The notes under the pieces are model-generated. The model ran no database searches. It was not told where the DNA came from and saw only the letters and a program-made list of their open reading frames with translations. A program made the position numbers and the translations under genes. A DNA stretch of 63,858 nt, filler included, from Sandaracinaceae bacterium (GTDB taxonomy: Bacteria > Myxococcota_A > Polyangia > Polyangiales > JADJQN01): assembly GCA_947483975.1 (NCBI GenBank). It is 2 parts of 2 records of this genome, joined end to end, with 100 filler letters (N's around TTAATTAATTAA, not from the genome) between each part and the next. Parts side by side here need not be neighbours in the genome. Positions count along the whole stretch, not along the records: positions 1 to 31,892 come from CANKOL010000017.1; 1 more part is not named here. One strand, given 5' to 3'. This document shows, piece by piece, positions 8,811 to 19,923 of this stretch (within the stretch, counting starts at the first letter, position 1; the number at the start of each line of letters is the position of its first letter).

Positions 8811-10997
8811 TCAGACCATGTCGGGGCCGATCGTCTCGATGAAGCAGTCCGTGAGGGCCCGGAACACGAGCGGATAGACGAGCCCGCTCGGCGTGTAGAT
8901 CTCCGGCAGCGGCGCGCCGTCGAGGCTGATGTCGTTGGCGGCGTCGGTCCAGTTGTCGAGCACGTACTGGTTCCACGACGCGGCGTCCGCGAGCTGCACG
9001 AACCACGCGCTGACGTCGTCCGTCGCGGGCGTGCCCGGCGGCAGGATGTTGGCGAAGATGCGTCGACGCGCCGCGCGCACCCAGGCGGCGTCGTAGACGG
9101 CGACGTTGAGCTCACCCTCGTAGACGATGCCGCGGTTGTTCTTGTTGGCCGAGCCGACGCTCATGAACACGTCGTCGACGATCAGCATCTTGGAGTGCGT
9201 GTCCATGTCCGCGTAGCGCGACTCGGTCTCGTCGACGCAGAGCGTGCACGCGACCTCCGTGTCGAACGCCTTCAGCTGCAAGAGCTGATAGCGGGTCGGG
9301 AAGCGCGTCGCGAGCTCCTCGTTCGTCGTGTAACTCCACGCGCAGCCCGGGTCGGTCCACTCGTTGATCGGCTTCGTGATCACCACGAGCTTCAGCGTCG
9401 GAATCGCATACATGCGCTCGATGATCAGGTCGACGAGCATCGGTATGCGGAAGTACTGATCCTCGATGAAGATGTAGTCCTGCGCGTTGCCCACGGCGTT
9501 GAACCACGTCTCGGCGATCGCGTTCTCGGCGAAGGGCTGAGGCAGCGTCGCGGTCACCTGCGCCTGCACGCCGCCCGCCACGGGCGGGATATCGTGCGCG
9601 AACGCGTAGTCCGTCGAGTTCTCGGAGTAGCGCGCGCCGGTATCGAGCAGGTACTGCCAGCGCTCGTGAAAGACGTCCGCCGCGTCCTCGGCGATGGGGC
9701 CGTGAATCCGCACCAGGTAGTCCTTGCGCGGGCCGTTGTCTGGGTCGCGGTGCCCCGCCTGCACGTCGAGGCGATTCGCCGTCGTCGAGTCGAAGAGCAT
9801 CCGGCGCGGCTGGTAGTAGCGGTGCTCGGAGGTGTCCCAGTCGACGCGCCGGAGGTTCATCCCGCCGATGAAGGCGAGGTCCGAGTCGATCACCATGAAC
9901 TTCTGGTGATACGAGGCCATGTCCACGTCGACGCCGACGGGCCACGCGGTCAGGTCGACCATGTGCGGCGGCACCTCCGACTCGATGATCGGCTCCGACT
10001 CGAACGCGCGCAGCGCCGACTCGGGGTGCGCGCTCGTCACGCGGTCGCCGAACGTGAACGGCTGCACCTGCCAATAGAACATCCCGCTCGTCGAGTTCGC
10101 CTGCCCCATGTACTGAAAGCCGTCGCCCGCCGCGACGCCGCGCGCGGTCAGCGGCGCATCGACGGAGAGCCCGCTGAGCGTGCCGTCCATCGACAGGAAC
10201 TGCCCGACGAGCACCCGCTTCTCTGCGGGGCTGTTGTCGAGAATCCCGAGGATCGTGTGCCGCTGACGCTCGGCGGGCGTGCTCGTCACGTGCGTCACGG
10301 GGTCGCGGTACAGCTCGAAGTTGGACTCCCACCACCAGGTCGACACCATCACGGAGTCAGTCGCCGTCGTGAGCTCGGACTCGACGTTCGACCAAGCCTC
10401 TTCGCCGTCTTGCAGCAGGCGAAGCTCGTTGCCGCGCCGCGCCGGGCGCCCCTGCGCCGAGAACCACTGATGCCGCAGCCCGAGATACACCGTGTGCACG
10501 GGGAGGCTCCGCCCACCGACCGTGCGCACCTCGTGGCTGACGCTGAGCCCCTGGCCGACGGCGTCCGCGAAGGTGCTGACCGTCGCGCCCGAGAGCGCCG
10601 CGCTGCCGTCGAAGTGCACCGCGACGTGCAGCGACTCGTGCGCCGGCGCCTCGAGGAGCACCTCGTACGTCGCCGCGTCGTGGAGCTCGACGGTGGCGAC
10701 GGGGAAGCCCGTGTACGAGATGGGGCTCCCCGCGCTCGTGACGGTGAGCGTGCCAATCCCGGCGGGCAGCGGCTGCGCCCAGAGGTCGAGCGCGTAGACC
10801 TCGAGCAGCGCGACGGGAGGAGGCGGCGGGGGCGGGGGCGCGTCGAGCGGCACCTCGCCGTCCTGGGGCGGCGGCGGGACGAAGCCATCGGCGTCCCCGG
10901 CGTCGACGCCTGTGCCGCGTGTGCCGCTCCCACAGCCGATCGAGAGCGTGAGTACCAGCGCCGCGGTCGCGCTCCGTCCGAATCCTACACGCGTCAT
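8811..10997 (-). CDS. Phospholipase D superfamily lipoprotein
   Basis: Two HKD motifs (HQKFMVID...GGMN; HSKMLIVDD...GSAN). Lipobox-like LSIGC, followed by a Pro-rich linker. Confidence 0.85.
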   Translation of the reverse strand: MTRVGFGRSATAALVLTLSIGCGSGTRGTGVDAGDADGFVPPPPQDGEVPLDAPPPPPPPPVALLEVYALDLWAQPLPAGIGTLTVTSAGSPISYTGFPVATVELHDAATYEVLLEAPAHESLHVAVHFDGSAALSGATVSTFADAVGQGLSVSHEVRTVGGRSLPVHTVYLGLRHQWFSAQGRPARRGNELRLLQDGEEAWSNVESELTTATDSVMVSTWWWESNFELYRDPVTHVTSTPAERQRHTILGILDNSPAEKRVLVGQFLSMDGTLSGLSVDAPLTARGVAAGDGFQYMGQANSTSGMFYWQVQPFTFGDRVTSAHPESALRAFESEPIIESEVPPHMVDLTAWPVGVDVDMASYHQKFMVIDSDLAFIGGMNLRRVDWDTSEHRYYQPRRMLFDSTTANRLDVQAGHRDPDNGPRKDYLVRIHGPIAEDAADVFHERWQYLLDTGARYSENSTDYAFAHDIPPVAGGVQAQVTATLPQPFAENAIAETWFNAVGNAQDYIFIEDQYFRIPMLVDLIIERMYAIPTLKLVVITKPINEWTDPGCAWSYTTNEELATRFPTRYQLLQLKAFDTEVACTLCVDETESRYADMDTHSKMLIVDDVFMSVGSANKNNRGIVYEGELNVAVYDAAWVRAARRRIFANILPPGTPATDDVSAWFVQLADAASWNQYVLDNWTDAANDISLDGAPLPEIYTPSGLVYPLVFRALTDCFIETIGPDMV

Positions 10998-11119
10998 CCT
11001 GGCTCCTTCGTTGGGGTGTGCGGAGCGATGCTCGCACAGATCCCGACGAAATCGCCGCACGAATGCCCTGCCGCGGCACGACGCCCCCGGGTCACCCCGA
11101 GAGCGCGTGCAGCGCCGCG

Positions 11120-13690
11120 TCAGAGGACGTTCAGGTGAACCTTCGCCGCAGCCTCGGTGAACGCGGGGAGCTTGTCGAAGTTGAGGTAGCGATACACCTG
11201 CTCCGACTTGGCCTCGAGGTCACGGGCATACGAGAGGTATTCCTCGAGCGTCGGGATGCGCCCGAGCATCGAGGTGACCGCGGCGACCTCCGCCGACGCG
11301 AGGAACACCTGAGTGTTGAGCCCGAGTCGGTTGGGGAAGTTGCGCGTCGAGGTCGAGACCGCCGTCGAGCCCGGCCGAATCTGGGCTTGATTGCCCATGC
11401 AGAGCGAGCAGCCGGGCATCTCGGTGCGCGCGCCGGAGACTGCGAACTGCGAGTAGACGCCCTCCTCGACGAGCTGCGCCTGGTCCATCCGCGTCGGCGG
11501 CGCCATCCACAGGCGCGTCGGCACCGGCTGCGCGAACTTCGCGAGGAGGCTGCCCGCCGCGCGGAAGTGCCCGATGTTCGTCATGCACGAGCCGATGAAG
11601 ACCTCGTCGACCTTGGTCCCCGCGACCTCGGAGAGCTTCTTGATGTCGTCGGGGTCGTTCGGGCACGCGAGGAGCGGCTCGTCGATGGTCGCGAGATCGA
11701 TCTCGATGATCTTCGCGTACTCGGCGTCTGCGTCAGGCTCGAGGAGCACGGGATTCGCGAGCCACGCCTCCATCTTGTCCGCGCGCCGCGCGAGCGACTG
11801 CGCGTCCTGATAGCCGTTGGCGATCATCGAGCGCAGGAGCACGACGTTGGAGCGCAGGTATTCGATCACGGGCTCCTTCGCGAGCCGGATCGAGCAGCCC
11901 GCCGCAGAGCGCTCGGCGGTCGAGTCGGAGAGCTCGAACGCCTGCTCGACGCTGAGGTTCGGGAGCCCCTCGATCTCGATGACGCGGCCGCTGAAGAGGT
12001 TCTTCTTGCCCTTCTTCGCGACGGTGAGATCCCCGGTCTGCAGCGCCGCCCACGGGATGGCGTTGACGAGGTCGCGCAGGGTGATCCCGGGCCGCAGCTC
12101 GCCCTTGAAGCGGACGAGCACGGACTCGGGCATATCGAGCGGCATGATGCCGAGCGCGGCCGCGAACGCGACGAGCCCCGAGCCCGCGGGGAACGAGATC
12201 CCGAGCGGGAAGCGAGTGTGGGAGTCGCCGCCCGTGCCGACCTGATCGGGGAGGAGCATGCGATTGAGCCAAGAGTGGATGATGCCGTCTCCGGGGCGGA
12301 GCGCGACGCCGCCGCGCTCGTGCATGAACTCCGGCAGGGTCTTGTGCGTCTGCACGTCCACGGGGCGCGGATAAGCGGCCGTGTGGCAGAACGACTGCAT
12401 CACGAGGTCGGCCGAGAAGCGCAGGCACGCGAGCTCCTTGAGCTCATCGCGCGTCATCGGCCCGGTCGTGTCCTGAGAGCCGACCGTGGCAGTCGCAGGC
12501 TCGCAGTAGGTGCCCGGGCGGACGCCAGCGACGTCGCAGGCGCGGCCGACGATCTTCTGCGCGAGCGTGTAGCCCTTGCCCGTGTCCGGCGGGAGCACCG
12601 GCAAGCGGAACGACGTGCTCGCGCCGAGGCCGAGCGACTTGCGCGCGCGCTGCGTCACCGCGCGGCCGATGATCAGCGGGATTCGTCCGCCGGCCTGCAC
12701 CTCGTCGAGCAGGACCTGCGTCTTCAGCTCGAAGCGCGTGAGCACCTCGCCCGCGGCGTTCTCGATCTTGCCCTCGTAGGGATAGACGTGGATGACCTCG
12801 CCCATCGCGAGCTTCGAGACGTCGCACTCGATCGGCAGCGCGCCGGAGTCCTCCATCGTGTTGAAGAAGATCGGCGCGATCTTCCCGCCGAGCACGACGC
12901 CACCGCCCCGCTTGTTCGGGACGTGCGGGATGTCGTCGCCCATGAACCAGAGCACGGAGTTCGTCGCCGACTTGCGCGAAGAGCCCGTCCCGACGACGTC
13001 CCCGACGTACGCGAGCGGATGTCCCTGCTTCGCGAGGTCGGCCATCTGCTCGAGGGCGTTGGTGATCCCCTCGCGCGGGTTCCGCAGCATCGCCTTCGCG
13101 TGGAGCGGGATGTCGGGGCGCGACCACGCGTCGGTCGCGGGCGAGAGGTCGTCGGTGTTGGTCTCGCCGACGACCTTGAAGACGGTCAGCGTCAGCTTCG
13201 CGGCGAGCGGCGCGCGGTTCGTGAACCAAGTCGCGTCGGCCCAAGCCTGGAGCACCGCCTTCGCGTGCGCGTTGCCCGCCTTCGCCTTCCGCTCGACGTC
13301 GTCGAACGCCGCAAAGACGAGGAGCGTGTGCGCGAGCTGCTCGGCGGCCGCGGCCCCGAGCGCGGCGTCATCGAGCAGGTCGACGAGCGGCGCGACGTTG
13401 AAGCCGCCGAGCATCGTGCCGAGCAGCTCGATCGCGTGAGCCCGGTCGATCAGCGGGGAGGTCTTGGCCCCGGTCGCCAGCTCGGCGAGGTACTCGGCCT
13501 TCACCTTCGCGGCCTCGTCGACGCCGGCGGGCACGCGGTTCGTGAGGAGGTCGAGCACGAAGGCCTCCTCGCCCTTCGGCGGAGCCGAGATCAGCTGCGT
13601 GAGCGCAGCGACCTGCCGCGCGTCGAGCGGGAGGGGGACCACGCCCTGCTCTAGGCGCTGGGCGACGTGCTCTCGGTAGGCTTGTAGCAT
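11120..13690 (-). CDS. acnB: Aconitate hydratase B
   Basis: Starts [65 protein letters not shown]. Confidence 0.97.
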   Translation of the reverse strand: MLQAYREHVAQRLEQGVVPLPLDARQVAALTQLISAPPKGEEAFVLDLLTNRVPAGVDEAAKVKAEYLAELATGAKTSPLIDRAHAIELLGTMLGGFNVAPLVDLLDDAALGAAAAEQLAHTLLVFAAFDDVERKAKAGNAHAKAVLQAWADATWFTNRAPLAAKLTLTVFKVVGETNTDDLSPATDAWSRPDIPLHAKAMLRNPREGITNALEQMADLAKQGHPLAYVGDVVGTGSSRKSATNSVLWFMGDDIPHVPNKRGGGVVLGGKIAPIFFNTMEDSGALPIECDVSKLAMGEVIHVYPYEGKIENAAGEVLTRFELKTQVLLDEVQAGGRIPLIIGRAVTQRARKSLGLGASTSFRLPVLPPDTGKGYTLAQKIVGRACDVAGVRPGTYCEPATATVGSQDTTGPMTRDELKELACLRFSADLVMQSFCHTAAYPRPVDVQTHKTLPEFMHERGGVALRPGDGIIHSWLNRMLLPDQVGTGGDSHTRFPLGISFPAGSGLVAFAAALGIMPLDMPESVLVRFKGELRPGITLRDLVNAIPWAALQTGDLTVAKKGKKNLFSGRVIEIEGLPNLSVEQAFELSDSTAERSAAGCSIRLAKEPVIEYLRSNVVLLRSMIANGYQDAQSLARRADKMEAWLANPVLLEPDADAEYAKIIEIDLATIDEPLLACPNDPDDIKKLSEVAGTKVDEVFIGSCMTNIGHFRAAGSLLAKFAQPVPTRLWMAPPTRMDQAQLVEEGVYSQFAVSGARTEMPGCSLCMGNQAQIRPGSTAVSTSTRNFPNRLGLNTQVFLASAEVAAVTSMLGRIPTLEEYLSYARDLEAKSEQVYRYLNFDKLPAFTEAAAKVHLNVL

Positions 13691-13843
13691 TCGAATTCTC
13701 CGTGAGGCCGGTGGGGAGGCTCGCCTCGGAGCGGGCCCGGCGGGCGCGCTCCAGGTGGGTCCGGTGGGGTCGGTGCCGGCGGGAAGGCCGGCCCGGTGCC
13801 TGCCCGGATGGAGTGTCCATAGCGCACATCCACCATGCACGAA

Positions 13844-13883
13844 CATGGATAATGCTGATGTTATCCATGCTAGAAATGCATGG
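13844..13883. promoter_or_regulatory. LysR-type binding site region
   Basis: CCATGC-N7-GCATGG (13865-13883; T-N11-A core) directly before the LysR ATG, overlapping the inverted repeat CATGGATAA-N8-TTATCCATG (13844-13869). Confidence 0.65.
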
Positions 13884-14750
13884 ATGGACCTCGTCCTCTT
13901 GCGCACCCTGCTCTCGGTGGCGGACCACAAGGCGATCACCGGCGCCGCGCGCGCCCTGTTCGTCACGCAGCCCGCGCTCTCGCGGCGGCTGCAGCAGCTC
14001 GAGCAAGACCTCGGCGCGCGCCTCGTGGAGCGGAGCCGCAAGGGGATCGCGCTGACGGAAGCGGGGCGGCTCGCCGTCGCCGAGGCGCGCGCGATCGTCG
14101 AGCGCTACGAGCGGATGAAGGAGAGCGTGCGGGCGCAGCAGACGCTCGAGACGGGCGTGGTGCGCCTCGGCGGCGGGGCCACCGCCGTCTCGTTCGTCGT
14201 GCCGCAGGCGATCGCGGAGTTCCAGAAGCTCTATCCCGGCGTGCGCTTCGAGGTCCACGAGCAGGGCAGCCGCGCCGTCGAGAGCGCCGTGCAGGACGAG
14301 CGCATCGAGCTCGGGATCGTCACGCTGCCGACCCACTCGCGGGAGTTCGAGATCCGGGCGCTGCGAAAGGACCGCATCGTGCTCGTCGCGGCGCGCGAGC
14401 ATCCCCTCGCCTCGAAGCGGCGGGTCGATGTGCGCGATCTCGCCGGGCTCGGGCTCGTCGGCTTCGACAAGACGAGCGCGATTCGGCAGCTGATCGACGC
14501 GGCCCTCGCGGAGGCGGGGGTCGAGATGAACGTCCAGATGGAGCTGCGATCGATCGCGGCGATCCTCGGGATGGTCGCGCACACGCAGGCGCTCGCGTTC
14601 GTCAGCCAGCTCGGCGTGCCGAGCGGAGACTCCGCGGTCACCGTGGTCAACGTCCGCGGGCTCTCTGTGCACCGACGCCTCGGCGTCATCCACAAGCTCG
14701 GGCGTCCGCTCTCGCCGGCCGCGCGGGCGTTCTCGGCGATGCTGAAGTGA
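13884..14750 (+). CDS. LysR family transcriptional regulator
   Basis: HTH ([24 protein letters not shown]) plus substrate-binding domain; divergent from acnB. Confidence 0.92.
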   Translation: MDLVLLRTLLSVADHKAITGAARALFVTQPALSRRLQQLEQDLGARLVERSRKGIALTEAGRLAVAEARAIVERYERMKESVRAQQTLETGVVRLGGGATAVSFVVPQAIAEFQKLYPGVRFEVHEQGSRAVESAVQDERIELGIVTLPTHSREFEIRALRKDRIVLVAAREHPLASKRRVDVRDLAGLGLVGFDKTSAIRQLIDAALAEAGVEMNVQMELRSIAAILGMVAHTQALAFVSQLGVPSGDSAVTVVNVRGLSVHRRLGVIHKLGRPLSPAARAFSAMLK

Positions 14751-14787
14751 GCGCGGGTCGACGCCGCCCGCTATCCTCCGCCGCGCG

Positions 14788-17382
14788 ATGACCGACCCCA
14801 CCGAGCCGACGGCGGCGAAGACGAAAGCAGAAGCCCCGCTGTTCGCGCGGCTGCCGCCGGCCGACGCGTCCACCCCCGAGGCGATCCTCGACGCCTTCCT
14901 CGCCTACGTCGAGGCGGTCGGGCTGACGCTCTATCCCGCGCAGGAGCAGGCGATCCTCGAGATCGCCGCCGGCAAGAACGTCGTGCTCAACACGCCGACG
15001 GGCTCGGGCAAGTCGCTCGTCGCGACGATGATGTGCTTTCAGGCCGTCGCCGAGGGGCGACGCGTCTTCTACACGTGCCCGATCAAGGCGCTCGTCAGCG
15101 AGAAGTTCTTCGATCTCTGTCGGCTGCTCGGCGCGGACGAGGTCGGCATGATGACGGGCGACGCGTCGGTGAACCGCGACGCGTCGGTGATCTGCTGCAC
15201 GGCGGAGATCCTCGCGAACATGGCCCTCGCCGAGGGGGATCGCGCCGACGTCGACTACGTCGTGATGGACGAGTTCCACTACTACGCGGACGCCGATCGC
15301 GGCGCGGCTTGGCAGATCCCGCTGCTCACGCTGCCGCAGGCGACGTTCCTCCTGATGAGCGCGACGCTCGGCGACACGACGCCCTTCGAGGCGGCGCTGA
15401 CCAAGCTGACGGGGCGCGAGACGGCGCTCGTGCGCGGGACGCTGCGCCCGGTGCCGCTCGCCTTCGAGTACGCGGAGCGCCCGCTCCACGAGACGATCAG
15501 CTCGCTGATGAACGCCGGGCGCGCGCCGATCTACCTCGTCAATTTCACGCAGCGCAGCGCCGCAGAAGAGGCGCAGAACCTGATGAGCGTGGACTTCTGC
15601 TCCAAGGAGGAGAAGCGCGCGATCCACGACGCGCTTCGAGGCGTGAAGTTCACGAGCCCCTACGGCAAGGAGCTACAGCGATATCTGAAGCACGGAGTCG
15701 GGCTCCATCACGCGGGATTGCTGCCGAAGTATCGACTCGCGACGGAGAAGCTCGCGCAGCGCGGATTGCTCAAGGTGATCAGCGGCACTGACACCCTCGG
15801 CGTCGGCGTGAACGTGCCGATTCGCACGGTGCTCTTCACGCGCCTCTACAAGTACGATGGGCAGAAGACCTCGCTGCTCTCGGTGCGCGACTTTCAGCAG
15901 ATCGCGGGGCGCGCGGGGCGCAAAGGCTTCGACGAGCAGGGCTGGGTCGTCGCGCAGGCGCCCGAGCACGTCATCGAGAACCTCCGCGCCGAGAGCAAGG
16001 TCAGCGGCGACGCGAAGAAGCTCCGCAAGCTCGTGCGGAGCAAGCCGCCGGACAAGTACGTTCAGTACGATCGCGCCACCTTCGAGCGCCTGCAGTCGCT
16101 CCCGCCGGAGCCGCTGCAGAGCCGCTTCGCGGTGACGCCGGCGATGATGCTGCACGTGCTCGGGCGTCCCGACGGGGACGGCTGCGGCGCGATGAAGACG
16201 CTGATCAAGAGCAGCCACGACACCGCCGCTCAGAAGCGCACTCACGGCCGCACGGCGCGCGGACTCCTGCGCTCGCTCTACCGCGGCGGCATCCTCGATC
16301 TCGTGCCCCGGCAGGACGCGCCGACGCTCCGCGAGCTCGTCGTGCGCGGGACTCTCGGCGACGACTTCTCGCTCAATCGCACGCTGTCGCTCTACGTGCA
16401 CGAGACGCTGCCGCTGCTCGATCCGACGACTCCGACGTACGCGCTCGACGTGCTCACGCTCGTCGAGGCGACCATCGAGAGCCCGGACGTCGTGCTCCGC
16501 GCGCAGATCTCGAAACTCAAGGGCGAGAAGGTCGCGGAGCTGAAGGCGCAAGGCGTCGAGTACGACGAGCGCATGGCGGCGCTCGAGAAGATCGAGCACC
16601 CGAAGCCGCTGCGCGAGTTCGTCTACGACACCTTCAACGACTTCCGCACGCGGCACCCGTGGGTCGGCCAAGAGAACATCAAGCCGAAGTCGATCGCGCG
16701 CGACATGGTCGAGCAATTTCTGTCGTTCCACGAGTATGTGCGGGAGTACGAGCTACAGCGCGTCGAGGGCACGCTGCTGCGGTATCTGACTGACGCGTAC
16801 AAAGCGCTCGTGCAGACCGTGCCGGAGAACGCGAAGACCGCGGAGATCGACGACGCGGTCACCTATCTCGGCGCCATCGTGCGCGGCACCGACGCGTCGC
16901 TGCTCGACGAGTGGGAGCGCCTGCGACGCGGCGACGAGGCCGAGATCCTCGCCGCCGAGGCGGACCGCGAGAACCCCGACGCGCCGCCCGCGGCGCTCGA
17001 CATCACGCGCGATGTGCGCGCGTTCACCGTGCTCGTGCGCAACGACGCGTTCAGGCTCGTGCGCGCGATCGCTTGGGGTCGCTGGGAGGGCGCCGCCGAG
17101 GTGCTCGCCGAGAGCGACCCGCCGTGGACGGAGCCGAGGCTCGTCGAGGCGATGCGCCCTTACTTCACGGAGCACAAGTACCTGCGGACCGACCCCGACG
17201 CGCGCCTGCAGAGCCGCACCAAGCTCGCGCCGAGCGAGGACGGGCTCACGTGGAGCGTCGAGCAGGTGCTCTGCAACGAGGAGGAGGCGACGGGCTATGT
17301 GCTCGTGCTGAGCGTGGATCTCGCGCGTTCGCGTGAGGCGGGACGACCCGCAATCTCACTGCTGCGGGTGGACGCTTCGTAG
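14788..17382 (+). CDS. Ski2-like DEAD/DEAH-box helicase (DUF3516-type C-terminus)
   Basis: PTGSGKS, DEFH, SAT, HHAGLLP, QIAGRAGR. Confidence 0.9.
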   Translation: MTDPTEPTAAKTKAEAPLFARLPPADASTPEAILDAFLAYVEAVGLTLYPAQEQAILEIAAGKNVVLNTPTGSGKSLVATMMCFQAVAEGRRVFYTCPIKALVSEKFFDLCRLLGADEVGMMTGDASVNRDASVICCTAEILANMALAEGDRADVDYVVMDEFHYYADADRGAAWQIPLLTLPQATFLLMSATLGDTTPFEAALTKLTGRETALVRGTLRPVPLAFEYAERPLHETISSLMNAGRAPIYLVNFTQRSAAEEAQNLMSVDFCSKEEKRAIHDALRGVKFTSPYGKELQRYLKHGVGLHHAGLLPKYRLATEKLAQRGLLKVISGTDTLGVGVNVPIRTVLFTRLYKYDGQKTSLLSVRDFQQIAGRAGRKGFDEQGWVVAQAPEHVIENLRAESKVSGDAKKLRKLVRSKPPDKYVQYDRATFERLQSLPPEPLQSRFAVTPAMMLHVLGRPDGDGCGAMKTLIKSSHDTAAQKRTHGRTARGLLRSLYRGGILDLVPRQDAPTLRELVVRGTLGDDFSLNRTLSLYVHETLPLLDPTTPTYALDVLTLVEATIESPDVVLRAQISKLKGEKVAELKAQGVEYDERMAALEKIEHPKPLREFVYDTFNDFRTRHPWVGQENIKPKSIARDMVEQFLSFHEYVREYELQRVEGTLLRYLTDAYKALVQTVPENAKTAEIDDAVTYLGAIVRGTDASLLDEWERLRRGDEAEILAAEADRENPDAPPAALDITRDVRAFTVLVRNDAFRLVRAIAWGRWEGAAEVLAESDPPWTEPRLVEAMRPYFTEHKYLRTDPDARLQSRTKLAPSEDGLTWSVEQVLCNEEEATGYVLVLSVDLARSREAGRPAISLLRVDAS

Positions 17383-17442
17383 GCAATCATCTTCGCCGAG
17401 AGCCCTTCATTTCTGGTCCCGCTCGGGCGTAGCATCTGCGCC

Positions 17443-18942
17443 ATGCGCACAACGTTCACGAAAACGGCACTCACTCTTTGCGCCGTCTACGTAGTCGTAT
17501 TTGGCGGCGAGGCGGCGCTCGAGTGGTGGCACGCGGGCTCACCGGGCCTCAGCGCGACGAGCTGGGTGGACGTCAACAACGCCAAGCTCGTCGACATCCT
17601 CAGCCCGATGGCGCGCGGCTACAACAACGCCCTCGCGATGCTGATCGCGACCATCGGGCTCGCGATCCCGCTGACGGCGAACATGCACACGCCGAAGCTG
17701 ATCGACATGTTCCTGCGGGATCGGCTCAACCAGGGGATGTTGTTCTTGATGGCCCTCGGCGCGGCCAACGTCCTGTTCGTCGACTACCTGATCGGGCCGC
17801 ACTTCGCGCCGATGTGGGCGTTTCGCTTCGCGGTCGGTGGCGCGCTCCTCGGCTGGGCGCTGGTGATCCCGTACTTCTTCTACGTCGTGCGCTTCCTCGA
17901 TCCCTCGAACATCCTGCGGCGCCTGAAGGACGACACGACGCACATCATCGACGAGGTGCTCGCGGGCAGGCTCGAGCCCAACGACGCGCAGGCGCAGGTG
18001 CACGAGCGCCTCTTTCAGATCGGCACGATCGTGCTCAAGTCGCTCGACCGCGCCGATCGCGGGGTCGCGCTCGAGGGGATCTGGACCCTGAAGCTGATCC
18101 TCGACTACCACGGAGAGCGCAAAGCCAAGCTGCCCGCGCAGTGGTTCGTCGTGGATCGAGCAGACTTCATCGGCCTCTCGTCGGAGGCGCTCGAGCTCCT
18201 CAACGAGGAGAAGACTTGGTTCGAGATGAAGGCGCTGACGCAGATGTTTCTCGCCTATGGGCAGGCGCTCGCGAAGGCGCCCGACGTCGTCTCGAGCATC
18301 AGCGACGCCAACCGCGTCATCGCCGTCACCGCGAGCAAGCGCGGCGACCCGAAGGCCCTCGAGCTCTCGGTGAAGTACTTCAACAACTTCCTCCGCGAGG
18401 CGATCAAGAAGAAGGACGTCCACAGCATCTACGACATCTTCTACGAGTATCGCCTGCTCGCGCGCGACCTGCGCGATCAGCCCGGGCTGCTCCACGACAT
18501 CGCGCACCACTTCCGCTACTACAGCGACCTCGCGCGGGCGGGCGGGCTCGAGTTCGTCGCGCAGCTCGCGACGTTCGATCTCGGCTACATCGTGCGCCGC
18601 GCCTACGAGGTCGAGAGCCCGACCGCCGGCAGCCTGCTGAAGACGGTGCTCGACATCGGCCACGAACAGAAGGGCGCCGTGCTGCCGCTCGTCGTGAAGG
18701 CGAAGCTGATCCTCGGCGGCTTCTTCCTCGAGAAGGGGCTCATGGAGGAGGCGAAGATCGTGCGTGAGAACCTGGCAGACGTCGCGCAATCGGTCCTCGC
18801 GACTGCGGAGCACGAGCTGCTGAGCGCGAGTCGGTCGTTCTTCGAGGTGACCGATCGCCAAGTGAACTTCGAGTACACGGCGCCCGAGCGCCGGGAGCGC
18901 GTGCACGAGTTCGTGCACTCGCTCGCTCCAGCGGCGGGGTGA
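17443..18942 (+). CDS. Membrane protein (DUF2254-like)
   Basis: Four N-terminal hydrophobic segments including ANMHTPKLIDMFLRD, followed by a helical soluble domain; high-GC3 codon usage. Confidence 0.65.
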   Translation: MRTTFTKTALTLCAVYVVVFGGEAALEWWHAGSPGLSATSWVDVNNAKLVDILSPMARGYNNALAMLIATIGLAIPLTANMHTPKLIDMFLRDRLNQGMLFLMALGAANVLFVDYLIGPHFAPMWAFRFAVGGALLGWALVIPYFFYVVRFLDPSNILRRLKDDTTHIIDEVLAGRLEPNDAQAQVHERLFQIGTIVLKSLDRADRGVALEGIWTLKLILDYHGERKAKLPAQWFVVDRADFIGLSSEALELLNEEKTWFEMKALTQMFLAYGQALAKAPDVVSSISDANRVIAVTASKRGDPKALELSVKYFNNFLREAIKKKDVHSIYDIFYEYRLLARDLRDQPGLLHDIAHHFRYYSDLARAGGLEFVAQLATFDLGYIVRRAYEVESPTAGSLLKTVLDIGHEQKGAVLPLVVKAKLILGGFFLEKGLMEEAKIVRENLADVAQSVLATAEHELLSASRSFFEVTDRQVNFEYTAPERRERVHEFVHSLAPAAG

Positions 18943-18972
18943 TAGCCTCGCCGAGTCCCATCTGAACAGTAC

Positions 18973-19893
18973 GTGGAGGCAAGAGTGGCGAACACGAATG
19001 CAGGCACGAAGTCCCCGGCTCCTGAAGCGGAAGAAGCGCGAAAAGCCGAGAAGCGGAAGAAGAAGGTCGCCAAGCGCGAGCTGAAGGCGGCGGCCGCGGC
19101 CGCCCCGCCCGAGAGCAAGCCGCTCCCGAAGCGCGAGTACGAGAAGGAGATGAAGCGCTTGCAGGTGGAGCTCGTGAAGCTCCAGTACTGGGTCAAGCAC
19201 ATGGGGCTGCGCGTCGTCGTGATCTTCGAGGGGCGCGACGCGGCGGGCAAGGGCGGGATGATCAAGCGCATGACCGAGGGGCTGAATCCCCGCGGCTGTC
19301 GCGTCGTCGCGCTCGGGACTCCGTCGGATCGCGAGAAGACGCAGTGGTACTTCCAGCGCTACGTCGCGCACCTGCCGAGCGCGGGTGAGATCGTGATCTT
19401 CGATCGCAGCTGGTACAACCGCGCGGGCGTCGAGCACGTGATGGGCTTCTGCACGGACGACGAATACAACGAGTTCATGCGCGCTTGTCCCGAGTTCGAG
19501 GGGATGCTCGTGCGCTCGGGGATCGTGGTGCTGAAGTACTGGTTCTCCGTCAGCGACGACGAGCAGGAGCGGCGCTTCCGCGCGCGGCTCGAGGACCCGA
19601 TGAAGCGCTGGAAGTTCAGCCCGATGGACGTGCAATCGCGCGACAAATGGGTCGAATACTCGAAGGCGAAGGACAAGATGCTCCTTCACACGAACATCCC
19701 AGAGGCGCCTTGGTTCACGGTGGAGTCCGACGACAAGGAGCGCGCGCGCCTCAACTGTATGCGGCATATCCTCGTCAAGGTGCCCTATCAGGACCTGCCG
19801 CCGGAGACGGTCGAGCTCACGCCGCGCAAGCCCGCGGGGAGCTATGTGCGACCGCCGAAGACCGAGCAATTCTACGTCCCGCGGTACTACTGA
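18973..19893 (+). CDS. ppk2: Polyphosphate kinase 2
   Basis: FEGRDAAGKGG, FDRSWYNRAGVE, WKFSPMD. Exact start uncertain. Confidence 0.95.
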   Translation: MEARVANTNAGTKSPAPEAEEARKAEKRKKKVAKRELKAAAAAAPPESKPLPKREYEKEMKRLQVELVKLQYWVKHMGLRVVVIFEGRDAAGKGGMIKRMTEGLNPRGCRVVALGTPSDREKTQWYFQRYVAHLPSAGEIVIFDRSWYNRAGVEHVMGFCTDDEYNEFMRACPEFEGMLVRSGIVVLKYWFSVSDDEQERRFRARLEDPMKRWKFSPMDVQSRDKWVEYSKAKDKMLLHTNIPEAPWFTVESDDKERARLNCMRHILVKVPYQDLPPETVELTPRKPAGSYVRPPKTEQFYVPRYY

Positions 19894-19923
19894 CCGACTG
19901 TCCCGTCGGCGCGCAGGGACCGA

